Positions 24,576 to 35,367 are shown, counted from the stretch's first letter. The stretch: 64,000 nucleotides of DNA from Escherichia coli (GCF_050920415.1 NZ_CP169309.1), one strand, 5' to 3'. Notes: generated by a model from the letters alone, not told the origin. Numbers and translations are program-made.

Positions 24576-24833
24576 GAAGCCAATGGCTATCTATATCGAA
24601 ATAACAAAACATTATGAAACTCATGAAAAGGTCGCATATTTATATAGCTGCGACCATATTTCATGGGGAGAATTTCTGATCACCAAAGAAAGTTTTGCGC
24701 TGGAATCCGTGAAAGAACTTAAGGGTGAAAAGCAGAATTTTTATATGTTCAGAGCCTGGGGCAAAGTCAGGAAAACATACTTAGCCACGGGAGAATTTCC
24801 CCTGGAAACATGTTACGCCGCTTAAAGTCAGAA

Positions 24834-25373
24834 TCATTTTTTCACGCGTTTTACATTTACCATTTTAGCATTACGCCTGCACCACATAGCAATGGCGGCA
24901 GCTACTAATGCCAGTTCCAGTAAAAAAGACCAGTGTAATAAAAAATTGAGCCACCACGGATGATGTACCGCTGTAATATGAAAGAATGCAAATGGCTGGT
25001 TAACGAAAGGCATCAACCACCAGATATCACCGACCAGCGTATCGAGTAATAAATGCGCGATACTATTCAGGCAAAACACCACGCCCAACCACGCCGGAAG
25101 TTTATTCTTCGCAATTGCGGCCCAGACTAATGTCGCCGCCAGCAGAGCAAACCATAATAATGGCCAATGAGACGGGTAAAGATGATGATGTCGTTGCCCG
25201 TTATCCACCAGATAACACCAGAAGAGATCAAAATCGGGTGCAACGGCCCCGACTAAGCCAATAACCATCGCCCACCGCGCATGACGAGAAATCAGCGGTA
25301 GGCGTTTCACTAAAGTACAAGTTATTAAATATCCAGCCGGAAGATGACCGATAAACATGACGAATCCTTTCAT
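24834..25373 (-). CDS. Integral membrane protein, possibly YdjM-like metal-dependent hydrolase
   Basis: 179 aa, several TM helices and His-rich segments; no K-12 counterpart at this position that I recall. Confidence 0.55.
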   Translation of the reverse strand: MKGFVMFIGHLPAGYLITCTLVKRLPLISRHARWAMVIGLVGAVAPDFDLFWCYLVDNGQRHHHLYPSHWPLLWFALLAATLVWAAIAKNKLPAWLGVVFCLNSIAHLLLDTLVGDIWWLMPFVNQPFAFFHITAVHHPWWLNFLLHWSFLLELALVAAAIAMWCRRNAKMVNVKRVKK

Positions 25374-25420
25374 TTTTGCCCGCCGCTTTCACGAAGAAAA
25401 CGGCGGGTGACATTCCTCAA

Positions 25421-26035
25421 TTACACAGCGATAAAAGCCATCCCTGTAAACGTCCGTCGCGGGTTGCCACGTTCAATCTGGTGATGGAACATTCGCCGCT
25501 GCGATTTCAGCGCCGCGCTATTTTCCTGTCGCTGTTGTTCCAGCTTCCAGGCAATCAGTAATCGCGCCAGCCGTTTGTTAGCATGCTGACTGCGCTCTGA
25601 CTGAACCTTCACCCTAATACCGGATGCCAGATGCGTGGCGCGCACAGCCGAGTCGGTTTTATTGACATGTTGACCGCCCGGCCCCGACGAACGCAGCGTC
25701 TCATAATGGATCGCATCGGATTGCTCCTGCTCATCTGCAGTAAAACGCCCAATGCCCAGAAACCAGTTTTTGCGCCCATGATGAGGGCGATACGGACTCG
25801 GACAAATCCACTGGATAGTGCCACACCAGCTTTCGCTTAGTGCCCATGCGTTGTCGCCATCAAGTGAAACCAGCGCCGAACGTAGTGTGTCAGAGTAGCG
25901 ACCCGTTTCTGTTTCCAGCACCGTTACCGCGACGTCTTGTCGGGCAGCTTCTTTAATCAGCCTGTCCAGTGCCTTTTTCACTGCGAGACAACATTCTTCC
26001 GGTCCCTGAGCTGAGGAGAGTTGTAGCAAGATCAT
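25421..26035 (-). CDS. prfH: Peptide chain release factor homolog PrfH (full length)
   Basis: GGQ motif ([16 protein letters not shown]); start at internal ATG (MILLQLSS...) gives about 204 aa; start overlaps the rtcB stop by 4 bp. Confidence 0.85.
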   Translation of the reverse strand: MILLQLSSAQGPEECCLAVKKALDRLIKEAARQDVAVTVLETETGRYSDTLRSALVSLDGDNAWALSESWCGTIQWICPSPYRPHHGRKNWFLGIGRFTADEQEQSDAIHYETLRSSGPGGQHVNKTDSAVRATHLASGIRVKVQSERSQHANKRLARLLIAWKLEQQRQENSAALKSQRRMFHHQIERGNPRRTFTGMAFIAV

Positions 26036-27171
26036 CCTTTTTTCCCTCCACTGTTTTTGAGCGTCAGCACCGGACGCAGTCGCGCGACAGGAATAATTAA
26101 ACCGGCCTGCACCAGACATTGCACCACACTTTCAGCCGATTTATAGGCTTGTGGCGCTTCTTCAAAGATGAGTTGTTTATCGCGACAAATTACCCGGCTG
26201 CCAAGTTCAGTACGTGAGAGCTGCGTCGCTGTGTATTTCGCTGCCAGACGCCCTTTACACTCGGTGCGCCCCCATTTACGCCCTGCCCCATGCGCCAGCG
26301 AGTGGAGCGTTTTTTCGTTCGCAACAGGCTTAACCAGCCAGGAGTAATCACCGCGTGAACCGGGAATAATCACCAGACCGTTGTCATCCGGCGTAGCCCC
26401 TTTACGGTGTAACCATCCTTGTTGATCGCCGATTCGACATGCGCTAACAAAGTTATGCGCCACATCCAGAACCGAATTTCCGTTGGCCTTAACTTGTTGC
26501 ATTATGCGCAAAGCGATCAGCTGGCGATTAATACGCGCAAACGCCAGCGCATCATCATGTTCCGCAATATAACTTAGCGCGTCGTCACTGCCTTCAGGCA
26601 AACCATGATGCGAAAACGAGGCAATATGCCGCTGTAAAATAGACTGCCCTAAACCACGCGAGCCGCTATGGACCAGCAGTTGCAGATGCTGCGCATCCAG
26701 ACCTGACAGTGCAAACAGTTCAGCGTCGATAATTTGATCAACTTGTTGCAGTTCTGCGAAGTGGTTTCCGCCACCGATAGAGCCAAGCGCGCAGCGCCAC
26801 GGATGCTGTGCAAACGCTGACGGCAGGTTTTCCTCCAGCCAGCTTTCTTCAGCAACGTCATCCAGCACAGATAATCGCTTTTCAAACTTATCGGCGTTGT
26901 ATTTACGCGCGAGAATATCTGTTTGCCATAGCGCCATGCCGCAGCCGATATCATTGCCGACCAGTGCCGGGTAAAAACGGCCTACGGAGAAGAACGCTGC
27001 GCCAATCGGATAGCCGCGTCCGGGGTGTAAATCTGGCATCCCTACTACGCGTTGCATGTCGGGTAAATTTGCCGTGATGTGTAATTGTTGGATCGCTGAA
27101 CTCTCGATCCACAGGTCATCAGATGCAATGGTAAATACCGCATCGGATAAGGGACGAATATATTTGCCCAT
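26032..27171 (-). CDS. rtcB: RtcB-family RNA ligase (RtcB2-type, partner of PrfH)
   Basis: 379 aa with RtcB-like His/Cys metal-ligand motifs; translationally coupled to prfH. Confidence 0.85.
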   Translation of the reverse strand: MGKYIRPLSDAVFTIASDDLWIESSAIQQLHITANLPDMQRVVGMPDLHPGRGYPIGAAFFSVGRFYPALVGNDIGCGMALWQTDILARKYNADKFEKRLSVLDDVAEESWLEENLPSAFAQHPWRCALGSIGGGNHFAELQQVDQIIDAELFALSGLDAQHLQLLVHSGSRGLGQSILQRHIASFSHHGLPEGSDDALSYIAEHDDALAFARINRQLIALRIMQQVKANGNSVLDVAHNFVSACRIGDQQGWLHRKGATPDDNGLVIIPGSRGDYSWLVKPVANEKTLHSLAHGAGRKWGRTECKGRLAAKYTATQLSRTELGSRVICRDKQLIFEEAPQAYKSAESVVQCLVQAGLIIPVARLRPVLTLKNSGGKKG

Positions 27172-27184
27172 GTATCATTCCATT

Positions 27185-27312
27185 TATACTCGTCATACTT
27201 CAAGTTGCATGTACTGCGACTGCGTTCGTTCACCCCAGTCACTTACTTTAGTAAGCTCCTGGGGATTCACTCGCTTGTCGCCTTCCTGCAACTCGAATTA
27301 TTTAGAGTATAT
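27185..27312. repeat. ERIC / IRU element
   Basis: Contains the reverse complement of the ERIC core GTGAATCCCCAGGAGCTTAC..AAGTAAGTGACTGGGGTGAACG between rtcB and yafP. Confidence 0.8.
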
Positions 27313-27488
27313 AAATATAAAAATCAGGAAATGGCAGACGAATCCAGGGCAAGAAAAAAAGAATTAATCCTGGAAAGGTCTGCAAAGAGTCATTGATAAA
27401 GGATTTTTCATGATTTACCTCCTTGCAGTTTGTGGAATAAGAAAACGCGCACATATTAGGCGGGCGTTATTTTCATTGCAAGCTGGAT

Positions 27489-27941
27489 TTAGTGTTGCGG
27501 TTTATATCGCATATGAAAATTAGTAAACCACGCTCCCCGGCATTCAACGCGCTGCTGCTTAACTGTCTGAAAACCATAACGTTCAAAAAAGGGTTTTGCG
27601 GTTATGCTGGCGTCCACCGTAAGTTCGGATTCAGACTTAATCAAAGGTTTTAACAAAGCGCTGGCAACCCCACGGCGGGTATATTCAGGGTCAACAAATA
27701 ACATATCGATATAATGTTCAATGCGGGAAATAAAACCAACCGGTTGTGCATTAATCACAGCAACCCGCACTTGTGATTTCGCGAGTTTCTCTTTCCATCG
27801 ATGTTCATCAATCTGCGCCCAGGCGGCAATTTGTTGTGGTGAATAATGCTGACTGGCGGTCATCGTAACCGCTCTAATAAAAATAGCGCATAGTTGCTGA
27901 AAATCGCCAGGCTGATAGTCTCTTATTTGTATATTATTCAT
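27489..27941 (-). CDS. yafP: GNAT-family N-acetyltransferase
   Basis: 150 aa; start overlaps the dinB stop. Confidence 0.85.
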   Translation of the reverse strand: MNNIQIRDYQPGDFQQLCAIFIRAVTMTASQHYSPQQIAAWAQIDEHRWKEKLAKSQVRVAVINAQPVGFISRIEHYIDMLFVDPEYTRRGVASALLKPLIKSESELTVDASITAKPFFERYGFQTVKQQRVECRGAWFTNFHMRYKPQH

Positions 27942-28993
27942 AATCCCAACACCAGTTGTCTTTCCATTTGCGGATCCAGCAACGTCACATGCAGCCCCAC
28001 CAGCCGCACACCGCGCCCGCCACGGCGTTCATCCCAGGTTTTACGCGCAGTGGCGATCAAGTCAGCTTTATTCAGCCGCGGCCAGACGTGTTCCTGAGTG
28101 GTTTGCTGAAAATCGTCGAACTTTAATTTCACCCCCTGGCGGGCAATCAGCAAATCAGGTTTTACCTTTGCCAGACGGCGTTCAAGTTCCGGATACAACC
28201 GCTCGATAATCGCTTCACATTCAGACCAATGATGAATATCTTCCGCCATCGTGCGTTCCACACCAACGGATTTTCGCAACCTTTCGCTGTTAACGTCGCG
28301 CTCGTCAATGCCCTGGCTACGCTCCCACAAAATGCGGCCAAATTTGCCAAAGCGTTTAAGCAACGTCACCAGATCACACTTTTGTACATCGCCACAGGTT
28401 CGTAGCCCCATCGCTTCCAGTTTTGCCGCCGAGACTTTGCCGACACCGGGAATTTTTGCCAGCGGTAAGGTTTGCAGAAATGCCGGAACTTCTGCCGGCG
28501 TAATCACAAACTGACCGTTGGGTTTATTCATGTCTGAGGCGATTTTGGCGAGAAACTTGACCGGCGCAACGCCCGCAGACGCCGTCAGTTGCAGCTCGTT
28601 GAAGATCGTCTGGCGGATTTCCTGAGCGATAAGGGTCGCAGAGCCGTGGCAATGTACGCTGTCGGTGACGTCGAGATAAGCTTCATCCAGCGACAACGGC
28701 TCAATACGCGATGTGTAGCGAGAGAAGATTTCGCGGATATGATTTGACGCTTCTTTGTAGGCGTCAAAGCGCCCTGGAAGCAAGGTGAGATGCGGACACA
28801 GTTTGAGCGCCATGCCGGTTGGCATTGCGCTACGCACGCCAAATTTACGCGCGGGATAATTGGCGGTGCTGATCACCCCCCGGCGTTCGCGGCTGCCGCC
28901 AATAGCAATAGGGATATCGCGCAGGGCGGGATTGTCGCGCATCTCCACCGCGGCGAAAAAGCAGTCCATATCCACATGAATGATTTTACGCAT
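27938..28993 (-). CDS. dinB: DNA polymerase IV
   Basis: 351 aa, Y-family polymerase N-terminus ([22 protein letters not shown]...). Confidence 0.95.
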   Translation of the reverse strand: MRKIIHVDMDCFFAAVEMRDNPALRDIPIAIGGSRERRGVISTANYPARKFGVRSAMPTGMALKLCPHLTLLPGRFDAYKEASNHIREIFSRYTSRIEPLSLDEAYLDVTDSVHCHGSATLIAQEIRQTIFNELQLTASAGVAPVKFLAKIASDMNKPNGQFVITPAEVPAFLQTLPLAKIPGVGKVSAAKLEAMGLRTCGDVQKCDLVTLLKRFGKFGRILWERSQGIDERDVNSERLRKSVGVERTMAEDIHHWSECEAIIERLYPELERRLAKVKPDLLIARQGVKLKFDDFQQTTQEHVWPRLNKADLIATARKTWDERRGGRGVRLVGLHVTLLDPQMERQLVLGL

Positions 28994-29063
28994 TGCTCAC
29001 CTCTCAATACTGGTAAAGTATACAGTGATTTCAGAGTTTGAGAAATGCGTAAAGATTCAGCAT

Positions 29064-29987
29064 TTAACGCGTTCGCTGCGAAAGCACCTGCTGCTTATCC
29101 AGCTTTTTCACCAACGGCTGCACCACCTTATCCCCATGCTGACCAAAATATTGATACAACGTATCGGACGCGCTTTTGGTGAGCACCATAATCTCAATGC
29201 GCCGGTTACCCGCGCTTTGCGGATTTTTGGCATCCAGCAGCATCTGGTCCGCCATCGCGCTCACCTGCATTACTTTATCTTCCGGCATCCCGGCGTCTTC
29301 CAGCACCCGACGGGCCGAGAGCGCGCGGTCACCCGAAAGGTTCCAGTTGTTGTAGATATTGCTTTTATAGGCCATCGCATCGGTATGCCCGGTAATAATA
29401 ATTTTGTTATCGAGCGAGTCGAATACCGGCGCGAGCTCCACCAGCAGCGTTTTAAAGAACGGCATAATCTTCGCGCTGCCGCGTTCAAACATATTGCGGT
29501 TCTGGTCATCTTTAATCAGCACGCGTAATCCCTGCGGAACAATCTCCATCTCCAGATTGGCTTCCATATGCGCATCGCGGGCGATGGTGTTGATACTGGT
29601 CGCCAGCTCGCCAAGCTCAGTGGCGGACTTCTTCTTCAGTAGCGCCGTTTTCTCGTTGACGTCGCGGGCTTTTTTCTCCGTCTCTTCCGGCACCGCCACG
29701 GTGGCAGGTTTCAGCGGATGCGTCGGGCTGATTTTATTTAACGGCGATAGCCCGCCGCCGTTGAAAATCGACTGCCCGTGCAGCGCGGCGATAATGCTTT
29801 CACGCTCGGATTTACTGACGCTGTTGACAATCCACAGCGTCATAAACAGCGCCATCATTGCCAAAGTAAAGTCGGCGAACGCCACCTTCCACGCCCCGCC
29901 GTGATGCCCGGCATGATTCTTTTTGATCTGCCGCCGGACGATGGTGGTTTTTGCCCCTCGCTCGCGGCGGTTGCCCGTCTTCCTCAT
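29064..29987 (-). CDS. lafU: Lateral-flagellar stator protein, MotB-like (OmpA-type C-terminal domain)
   Basis: Single TM helix then peptidoglycan-binding domain; start at internal ATG just after the lafT stop; last gene of Flag-2 next to dinB. Confidence 0.8.
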   Translation of the reverse strand: MRKTGNRRERGAKTTIVRRQIKKNHAGHHGGAWKVAFADFTLAMMALFMTLWIVNSVSKSERESIIAALHGQSIFNGGGLSPLNKISPTHPLKPATVAVPEETEKKARDVNEKTALLKKKSATELGELATSINTIARDAHMEANLEMEIVPQGLRVLIKDDQNRNMFERGSAKIMPFFKTLLVELAPVFDSLDNKIIITGHTDAMAYKSNIYNNWNLSGDRALSARRVLEDAGMPEDKVMQVSAMADQMLLDAKNPQSAGNRRIEIMVLTKSASDTLYQYFGQHGDKVVQPLVKKLDKQQVLSQRTR

Positions 29988-29989
29988 GC

Positions 29990-30853
29990 TTATTCTTGCT
30001 CCAGCATCGCATTCACCCACGCGTCGAGGTTGGCGAAAGTCGGTTTTGACGCCAGATGCAGCAGCTTACGCCCGGCATCCACCGCCAGCAGCGTCGGTTT
30101 GCCGCCCGCCTGCGCCACCAGCACGGTACGCACGCACTCCAGCAGCGAATGTTCCGCCCGCGCCTGCTGTTCCATGGCGTTGGCGAGCGGGTCCATCAGG
30201 CAGTAGCAGATAAAGACGCCTAAAAACGTCCCCACCAGCGCCGCCGCCACTTTCAGGCCAATCAGGGCGATAGAGCCGTCAATCGACTGCATGGTGATGA
30301 TGATGCCGAGCACTGCCGCGCAAATGCCAAACCCCGGCATCGCTTCGGCGGTACGTTGCAATGAGCGCGACGGCGTGAGCAGCGACTCTTCGGCGGTGTC
30401 CAGCTCCTGATCGAGAATGCCTTCCAGTTCATGGGCGTCGATTTTGCCCATCGCCATCAGGCGAAAGTTATCGGCAATAAAAGTCACCAGCCGCTTCTGG
30501 GTTAATATCAGCGGGTATTTCTGGAAAATGGTGCTCTCTTCCGGCTGCTCGATATGCTGATCCAGCATACGCAGGCCGCCGTTTTGCACCATTTCGAGCA
30601 ACTCATACAGACACATTAAAAGCTGACGCTGAAACTCCGGCCCGAGCTGTTTTTTACTGATCACGCCTTTAATTTGATGGGCAATCTCTTTCAGCACATG
30701 TTTTGGGTTACCAATAATCATCGCCCCGAAACCCGCGCCTAAAATAATGATCATTTCCGCCGGTTGCCAGATAGCGACTAATTGTCCACCGGCTTCAAAA
30801 TATCCGCCAAATACGCAGCCGAGCACCACCAGTAAACCTAATATTTTTTGCAT
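29990..30853 (-). CDS. lafT: Lateral-flagellar stator protein, MotA-like
   Basis: 287 aa, four TM helices with a MotA-like cytoplasmic loop. Confidence 0.85.
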   Translation of the reverse strand: MQKILGLLVVLGCVFGGYFEAGGQLVAIWQPAEMIIILGAGFGAMIIGNPKHVLKEIAHQIKGVISKKQLGPEFQRQLLMCLYELLEMVQNGGLRMLDQHIEQPEESTIFQKYPLILTQKRLVTFIADNFRLMAMGKIDAHELEGILDQELDTAEESLLTPSRSLQRTAEAMPGFGICAAVLGIIITMQSIDGSIALIGLKVAAALVGTFLGVFICYCLMDPLANAMEQQARAEHSLLECVRTVLVAQAGGKPTLLAVDAGRKLLHLASKPTFANLDAWVNAMLEQE

Positions 30854-30865
30854 GATTTCTTCACT

Positions 30866-31582
30866 TTAATTCGGATAGACAAAATCACGAATTTTCTGCG
30901 CGATCTGTTTATTCAGTTGACAAATTCGGGCCTCGGTTAGCCCTAATACCAGCGCAATTTCTTTGAGATTCATCTCATGCTGGTAATACATGGCGAGGAT
31001 CAGTTGCTCTTTTTCACTTAATTGTGAAAGCGCCTGTTGCAGCATTTGCTGAGTAATAAACTGATCTTCCAGTTCCCTGCCAGCAAGCGGAATGCCAGGC
31101 CCTTCGCCGTTCAGCAGTTCGTCAAGGCTGGCGAGCGTTTCCGCTCCTTCCAGTTGCTGATATTCGAGATAATCTTCATGCGAAATCCCTTCCACAGCCA
31201 GTTCTGACCACTCCGGTTCGTGCCCCAGTTTCTTACGCGTTTCGCGTATCAGGTCTTTCATCTGATGATATTTCTGCCGCAGCTGGCGCGGTCGCCAGTC
31301 GAGAGCGCGCAGCTCATCCAGGATCGCACCGCGAATACGGTGCACAGCATAGCCCGCAAAACCTTCATCCGGCAGCCCGTAGCGGCGAATGGCGTTAAGC
31401 AGCCCCATTAACGCCGTTTGTTCCATATCCTGACGGTCAATAATGCAGTTACATTGCGGGGCAAGTTGCCGCACCACTTTACGCACCAACGGTAAATAGG
31501 CCTGCAAATAGTGGCTCTCCTGCTGCGCGGTTAATACCGGCGCGGCAGCAAATTCTTCTGACTCGAATACGTCCTGTAGCAT
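30866..31582 (-). CDS. lafS: Lateral-flagellar sigma factor (FliA / sigma-28 family)
   Basis: 238 aa with sigma-70 regions 2 and 4; C-terminal HTH (LKEIALVLGLTEARICQLNKQ). Confidence 0.8.
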   Translation of the reverse strand: MLQDVFESEEFAAAPVLTAQQESHYLQAYLPLVRKVVRQLAPQCNCIIDRQDMEQTALMGLLNAIRRYGLPDEGFAGYAVHRIRGAILDELRALDWRPRQLRQKYHQMKDLIRETRKKLGHEPEWSELAVEGISHEDYLEYQQLEGAETLASLDELLNGEGPGIPLAGRELEDQFITQQMLQQALSQLSEKEQLILAMYYQHEMNLKEIALVLGLTEARICQLNKQIAQKIRDFVYPN

Positions 31583-31601
31583 ATTTATATCCGCCTGGTG
31601 A

Positions 31602-32069
31602 TTACTGGAAGACCACTTTTTTCACCAGTAAATCCTTATACGGTGCGCTCATTTTGCGACGCTGAAGATCTTGCTTTAGCGCATCAGAAATCAGTTTGCG
31701 GATGGCAGATATTTTCATGCCACGCAAATCTTCAAATTTCATTTCCGTCAGGCATTCAACTGCAATACTTTGATACAGCGGTTCCTGATGTTTTATTTTT
31801 TCCGCCTCTTTGTCACTGGCGACCACCATGACTAACTCCGCCGACAAATAATGATCCGCGCCGTTGTTGTCATGCAGCGTGACAATGGTTTCCGGTAAGG
31901 TCACAAATACACTTTTGCTCTCATCCAGAGTTTCCACGGATTCCGTCTGCGCGGCGGCAGTCGGTTTTCCTTTTCCGGCATAGTGATGCCAGACTCCCCA
32001 TCCTGCTCCGGCACCTACCACTAACGCCAGCACGGCGCTGACCACGCCCGCCACCACGATTTTCTTCAT
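31602..32069 (-). CDS. lafF: FliL-like flagellar basal-body-associated protein
   Basis: 155 aa with N-terminal TM anchor; position between lafE and lafS. Confidence 0.7.
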   Translation of the reverse strand: MKKIVVAGVVSAVLALVVGAGAGWGVWHHYAGKGKPTAAAQTESVETLDESKSVFVTLPETIVTLHDNNGADHYLSAELVMVVASDKEAEKIKHQEPLYQSIAVECLTEMKFEDLRGMKISAIRKLISDALKQDLQRRKMSAPYKDLLVKKVVFQ

Positions 32070-32076
32070 CTTGCCT

Positions 32077-33141
32077 TTACACTTTGATTAAAACGGATTC
32101 GTTCTGTGGAAATTGAGGCGCATCGTCAAGAAGTAAGGCGGCACTCACCTCTTCCTGCTGATGGCCCGACTGTTGTTGCTGTTGCTGCGACTGCCCTTCG
32201 GAGGAGACCTGTACGTTCACCTCCATAAAATTTTGCGCCGTCAGATGCTGGCGGAGATCGTCGCTAAACTGCTGTAACGCGCGACAAACCTCGCTTTGGT
32301 TCGCGCCGAGGTGCACCGTCAGTTTGCCGTTGTCGAGTTGCACGGCGATCTCGAGCTTGCCAAGCGACGGCGGATCAAGACGTATCGTGGAGATCTGCTG
32401 TTGTTTGTTGAGCTGAAAGTGGATCTGATCTTTCAGAAGCGTCGTCAGCTTTTCGCCCAGTTCGTCCATCGAAAGCGTGGCTGGTTTGGCGACAATCTCC
32501 TGATGATCGCTGACCAGCTCCGGCGTCTTAACCTGCAACACGGCCCTCGCAATAACCGGCTCGCTGTCTGCTACTTTTTCCGTTTTACGCTCGACCTGCG
32601 GGCGCGCGGTCACGCGGTTTGGCTCAGGTTTCGGACGAGCGGGCTGTGCCGATACGCGCGGCTGCGTCGGCGCAATGGCATGTAAATCTTCACTGGCGTA
32701 AGTCGCCAGTCTGGCCTGCTGCTCCGGTTTCGCCTGTGGCAACTGGCCGACCAGCGCCTGCAACTGCGGCGGCAACGGCGTGGGCTCCTGCTGTTGCGTC
32801 GGGTATTGTGGCGCGTTTTGCGCCACCGCTTTCGTCAAGTGCTGGATAACCGGCGATGTTGCGACATTTCGCGGCTGCGGCGTGTCCTGATGCGGCGCGG
32901 CAGGTTGCGGAAGTAAGAGCGCCATTAGCGCCTGCATCGCCACCGGATCGTTCTCCTGCGGATGCGTCGCCTGTTGCTGGCTGGTTTTAGCGTTATGAAC
33001 GCGCTCTGCCACCGCGGCCACCGCCATTTTCGGCAGGGTAAACGCGGGCGCGTTTTCACCGCTCACCGACGGTAAAATATCCGCCTTCAACGACGCGGTT
33101 TCCGCAAGTGTTCCGAGCGTGGCAAGCAATGCCGGATTCAT
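32077..33141 (-). CDS. lafE: Hook-length control protein, FliK-like
   Basis: 354 aa, Pro/Gln-rich middle region and FliK-like C-terminal domain. Confidence 0.7.
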   Translation of the reverse strand: MNPALLATLGTLAETASLKADILPSVSGENAPAFTLPKMAVAAVAERVHNAKTSQQQATHPQENDPVAMQALMALLLPQPAAPHQDTPQPRNVATSPVIQHLTKAVAQNAPQYPTQQQEPTPLPPQLQALVGQLPQAKPEQQARLATYASEDLHAIAPTQPRVSAQPARPKPEPNRVTARPQVERKTEKVADSEPVIARAVLQVKTPELVSDHQEIVAKPATLSMDELGEKLTTLLKDQIHFQLNKQQQISTIRLDPPSLGKLEIAVQLDNGKLTVHLGANQSEVCRALQQFSDDLRQHLTAQNFMEVNVQVSSEGQSQQQQQQSGHQQEEVSAALLLDDAPQFPQNESVLIKV

Positions 33142-33449
33142 GACTTCTCCGATAATAAATTAACAATTGAGTAGGCCAGCACGCCTTCCTGATGGCGCTG
33201 ATGCTGTTCCATACGCGCCTTCAACACTTCTGCACGCTGCTCGCGCCGTTTAATCAGGGCATTAAACGCGCCGTACAATTGTGCTTTCACCGCACACAAC
33301 TGCGCCGCATCGGTTTCCGCCGCCGCGTAATCGTGAAACTGGCGCATCAATTGCTGATGCAGTGCCGGAAGGCGTCGCCAGCGTTGTTTATCCAGTGCCT
33401 CATTCATCGCCTCAACCAGCGCGAAAAGTTGCCTGCATTGTTTTTCCAT
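33138..33449 (-). CDS. lafD: Small helical protein, possibly FliT-like chaperone
   Basis: 103 aa helical; position between FliS-like and FliK-like genes; 4-bp overlap with lafE. Confidence 0.5.
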   Translation of the reverse strand: MEKQCRQLFALVEAMNEALDKQRWRRLPALHQQLMRQFHDYAAAETDAAQLCAVKAQLYGAFNALIKRREQRAEVLKARMEQHQRHQEGVLAYSIVNLLSEKS

Positions 33450-33453
33450 CGTC

Positions 33454-33846
33454 TTAACCCAGCTTGCCCGAAAGCCCTTCCCAGCCTTCGCGCAGGTTGC
33501 TTAAAATCAGCATCACTTCATCGATTTTCTCTGCCGACAGTTCGCCGCTGGCCTCATACAAGCGATACACACAGTGGTCATAGAGGCGTGAAAGGTTGAC
33601 CACCAGCTCGCCGCCGGTTTCAAATTCCAGCGAACTGGTGAGCGCATTGAGAATGTCGATGCATTTATTGATGCTCTGGGCTTTCTTCTCGAAACGCCGC
33701 CCTTCAATATGACTTTTGGCGCGTTCCAGCTCGTCCATCAGGCCAGAAAACAGCACCAGCACCAGTTCCAGAGGCGATGCCGCCGCTGTACGCGCCGCGA
33801 GATCGATCTCTTTATATTGCGAATAGCCATCCTGTACTTGGTACAT
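33454..33846 (-). CDS. lafC: Flagellin export chaperone FliS-like
   Basis: 130 aa, FliS-like sequence. Confidence 0.8.
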   Translation of the reverse strand: MYQVQDGYSQYKEIDLAARTAAASPLELVLVLFSGLMDELERAKSHIEGRRFEKKAQSINKCIDILNALTSSLEFETGGELVVNLSRLYDHCVYRLYEASGELSAEKIDEVMLILSNLREGWEGLSGKLG

Positions 33847-33868
33847 CTTTAGGGATATTCCTTCTGAG

Positions 33869-35185
33869 TTACGCGAATGCCGCCATGCTGGCTTTCATGG
33901 TGTACACCTCAACCAGCGTGTTGGTGTACTCCTCCAGATAACGGTCGTAGTTGGCGTTATAGGTATCGGTAAGCTGATCGCCTTCGTCCTGAATTTTGCT
34001 CATCTGATCGTCAATGTTCTGCTGGCGCAGGGTGATGATGCCGTTGCTGGAGTCCGTGTAGGTGTTAATCAGATCGTCCATCTGTGCCACCATGCTGTTG
34101 TCGCCAACGAAAATAGAGGTCAGACCGTCAGGATTTTTCGCCATTTCGTCGTTGAACTGGTCGGAGTCAATCTGTAAGTGGCCGTGAGAATCAAGCGTGA
34201 TGCCATAGTCAACAATCGACACCCCGTTGTAGCTGGCATGGGCGATATCATCGAGCTGGTTCGCCAGTGAGCTGAGTCCGGCATCACCCGCAAATACCCC
34301 GGCGCTGGTACTGTCATCACCGTGGGTGGTCAATGAATCAACCGTATCAATCAAGGTGTTATAGGCATCAACAAAGGTCTGTACTTTCTCCTGGCTGGCG
34401 CTGGAATCTTCGCTGATGTTAAAGGTAGTGAGATCGCTGTCAGAATCGCTGACTTCGGTAAAAGTCATGGTGACGCCGGGGATCACATCATCAAAGGTGT
34501 TGCTGCTATTGGTGATGGCGGGCCCCGTGGCACTGCCGAGATGAATAATCGCGTCCTGAGCGGAGGAAACATCCGTAGCAACGGGCGCGCTGGCGCTGTC
34601 GTTGCTGGCATCATGCCCCGTTACGCTCACCGAAAACGCGCTCTGCGCCCCGGTGCTATCCGAGGTGAGCATAATGGTGGTGGTGCCATCGGTTTTTACC
34701 AGTGCCGCTGAAACGCCGGGGTTATCGTCAGAGTCGTTAATCGCATTCACCAGCTCGCTGGCGTCGATAAAACCGTCGCCGTCACCGTTCTGATCCGCCG
34801 CCGCCAGGTCGATATCCATGGTGCTGTCGCCCATCGTCAGCTCGAAGGTGCCGGTAGCGGAAAAGGCGTCGTCGCCCATACTGAACGTGGTCTGCTGCCC
34901 CTGCGCCAGTTGCTCAACGAAAAATGAGTAGCTTCCCGCCTGTGCCTGCGAGTTAGCGGAAACGGTCGCTGAGTCATTATTGCTGGTGGCGGCAAATGTT
35001 ACCGGGCCGTCGGTATCGCTGTTCAGCGCATCGACGGCACTTTGAAAGTCGCTCAACGCCGAGCTGAGCGTATCCAGGCCGCTGCTTTCGGCATCCAGCT
35101 CCGTTTGCTTCTCCTGCAAATTTGCCGCCTGAGTGGCGACATCCGCATAAGCGATTTCCTGGGCAATAGTTCTTGGGTTAATCAT
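33869..35185 (-). CDS. lafB: Filament cap protein FliD-like (HAP2)
   Basis: 438 aa with FliD-type N- and C-terminal helical regions. Confidence 0.85.
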   Translation of the reverse strand: MINPRTIAQEIAYADVATQAANLQEKQTELDAESSGLDTLSSALSDFQSAVDALNSDTDGPVTFAATSNNDSATVSANSQAQAGSYSFFVEQLAQGQQTTFSMGDDAFSATGTFELTMGDSTMDIDLAAADQNGDGDGFIDASELVNAINDSDDNPGVSAALVKTDGTTTIMLTSDSTGAQSAFSVSVTGHDASNDSASAPVATDVSSAQDAIIHLGSATGPAITNSSNTFDDVIPGVTMTFTEVSDSDSDLTTFNISEDSSASQEKVQTFVDAYNTLIDTVDSLTTHGDDSTSAGVFAGDAGLSSLANQLDDIAHASYNGVSIVDYGITLDSHGHLQIDSDQFNDEMAKNPDGLTSIFVGDNSMVAQMDDLINTYTDSSNGIITLRQQNIDDQMSKIQDEGDQLTDTYNANYDRYLEEYTNTLVEVYTMKASMAAFA

Positions 35186-35216
35186 TGATGACTCCGGTTA
35201 ACGATGTCAGGTTATT

Positions 35217-35233
35217 GGCAAAAGGCGTGCCAA
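35217..35233 (-). promoter_or_regulatory. Sigma-54 (RpoN) promoter upstream of lafB
   Basis: Minus strand reads TTGGCACGCCTTTTGCC (TGGCAC-N5-TTGC); about 30 nt upstream of the lafB ATG, which has a GGAG RBS. Confidence 0.6.
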
Positions 35234-35367
35234 TATTTTTTATGTTAATAATCAATAATTTGAAAAATGGGCGGAAAGCGTGTTTCCGGTTCGGCGGAAA
35301 AGTGCCTGCCGCAAAAAGCACAACACCGCCCGCAGGCGGTATTGAGACTGATGACAAACGCAACACT

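Noticed and set aside
24544-24582. N-terminal extension (MSTPAGVDYCLKP) of the small ORF after pepD
   Set aside because: These codons coincide with the pepD terminator hairpin; if the ORF is real it more likely starts at the ATG at 24583.
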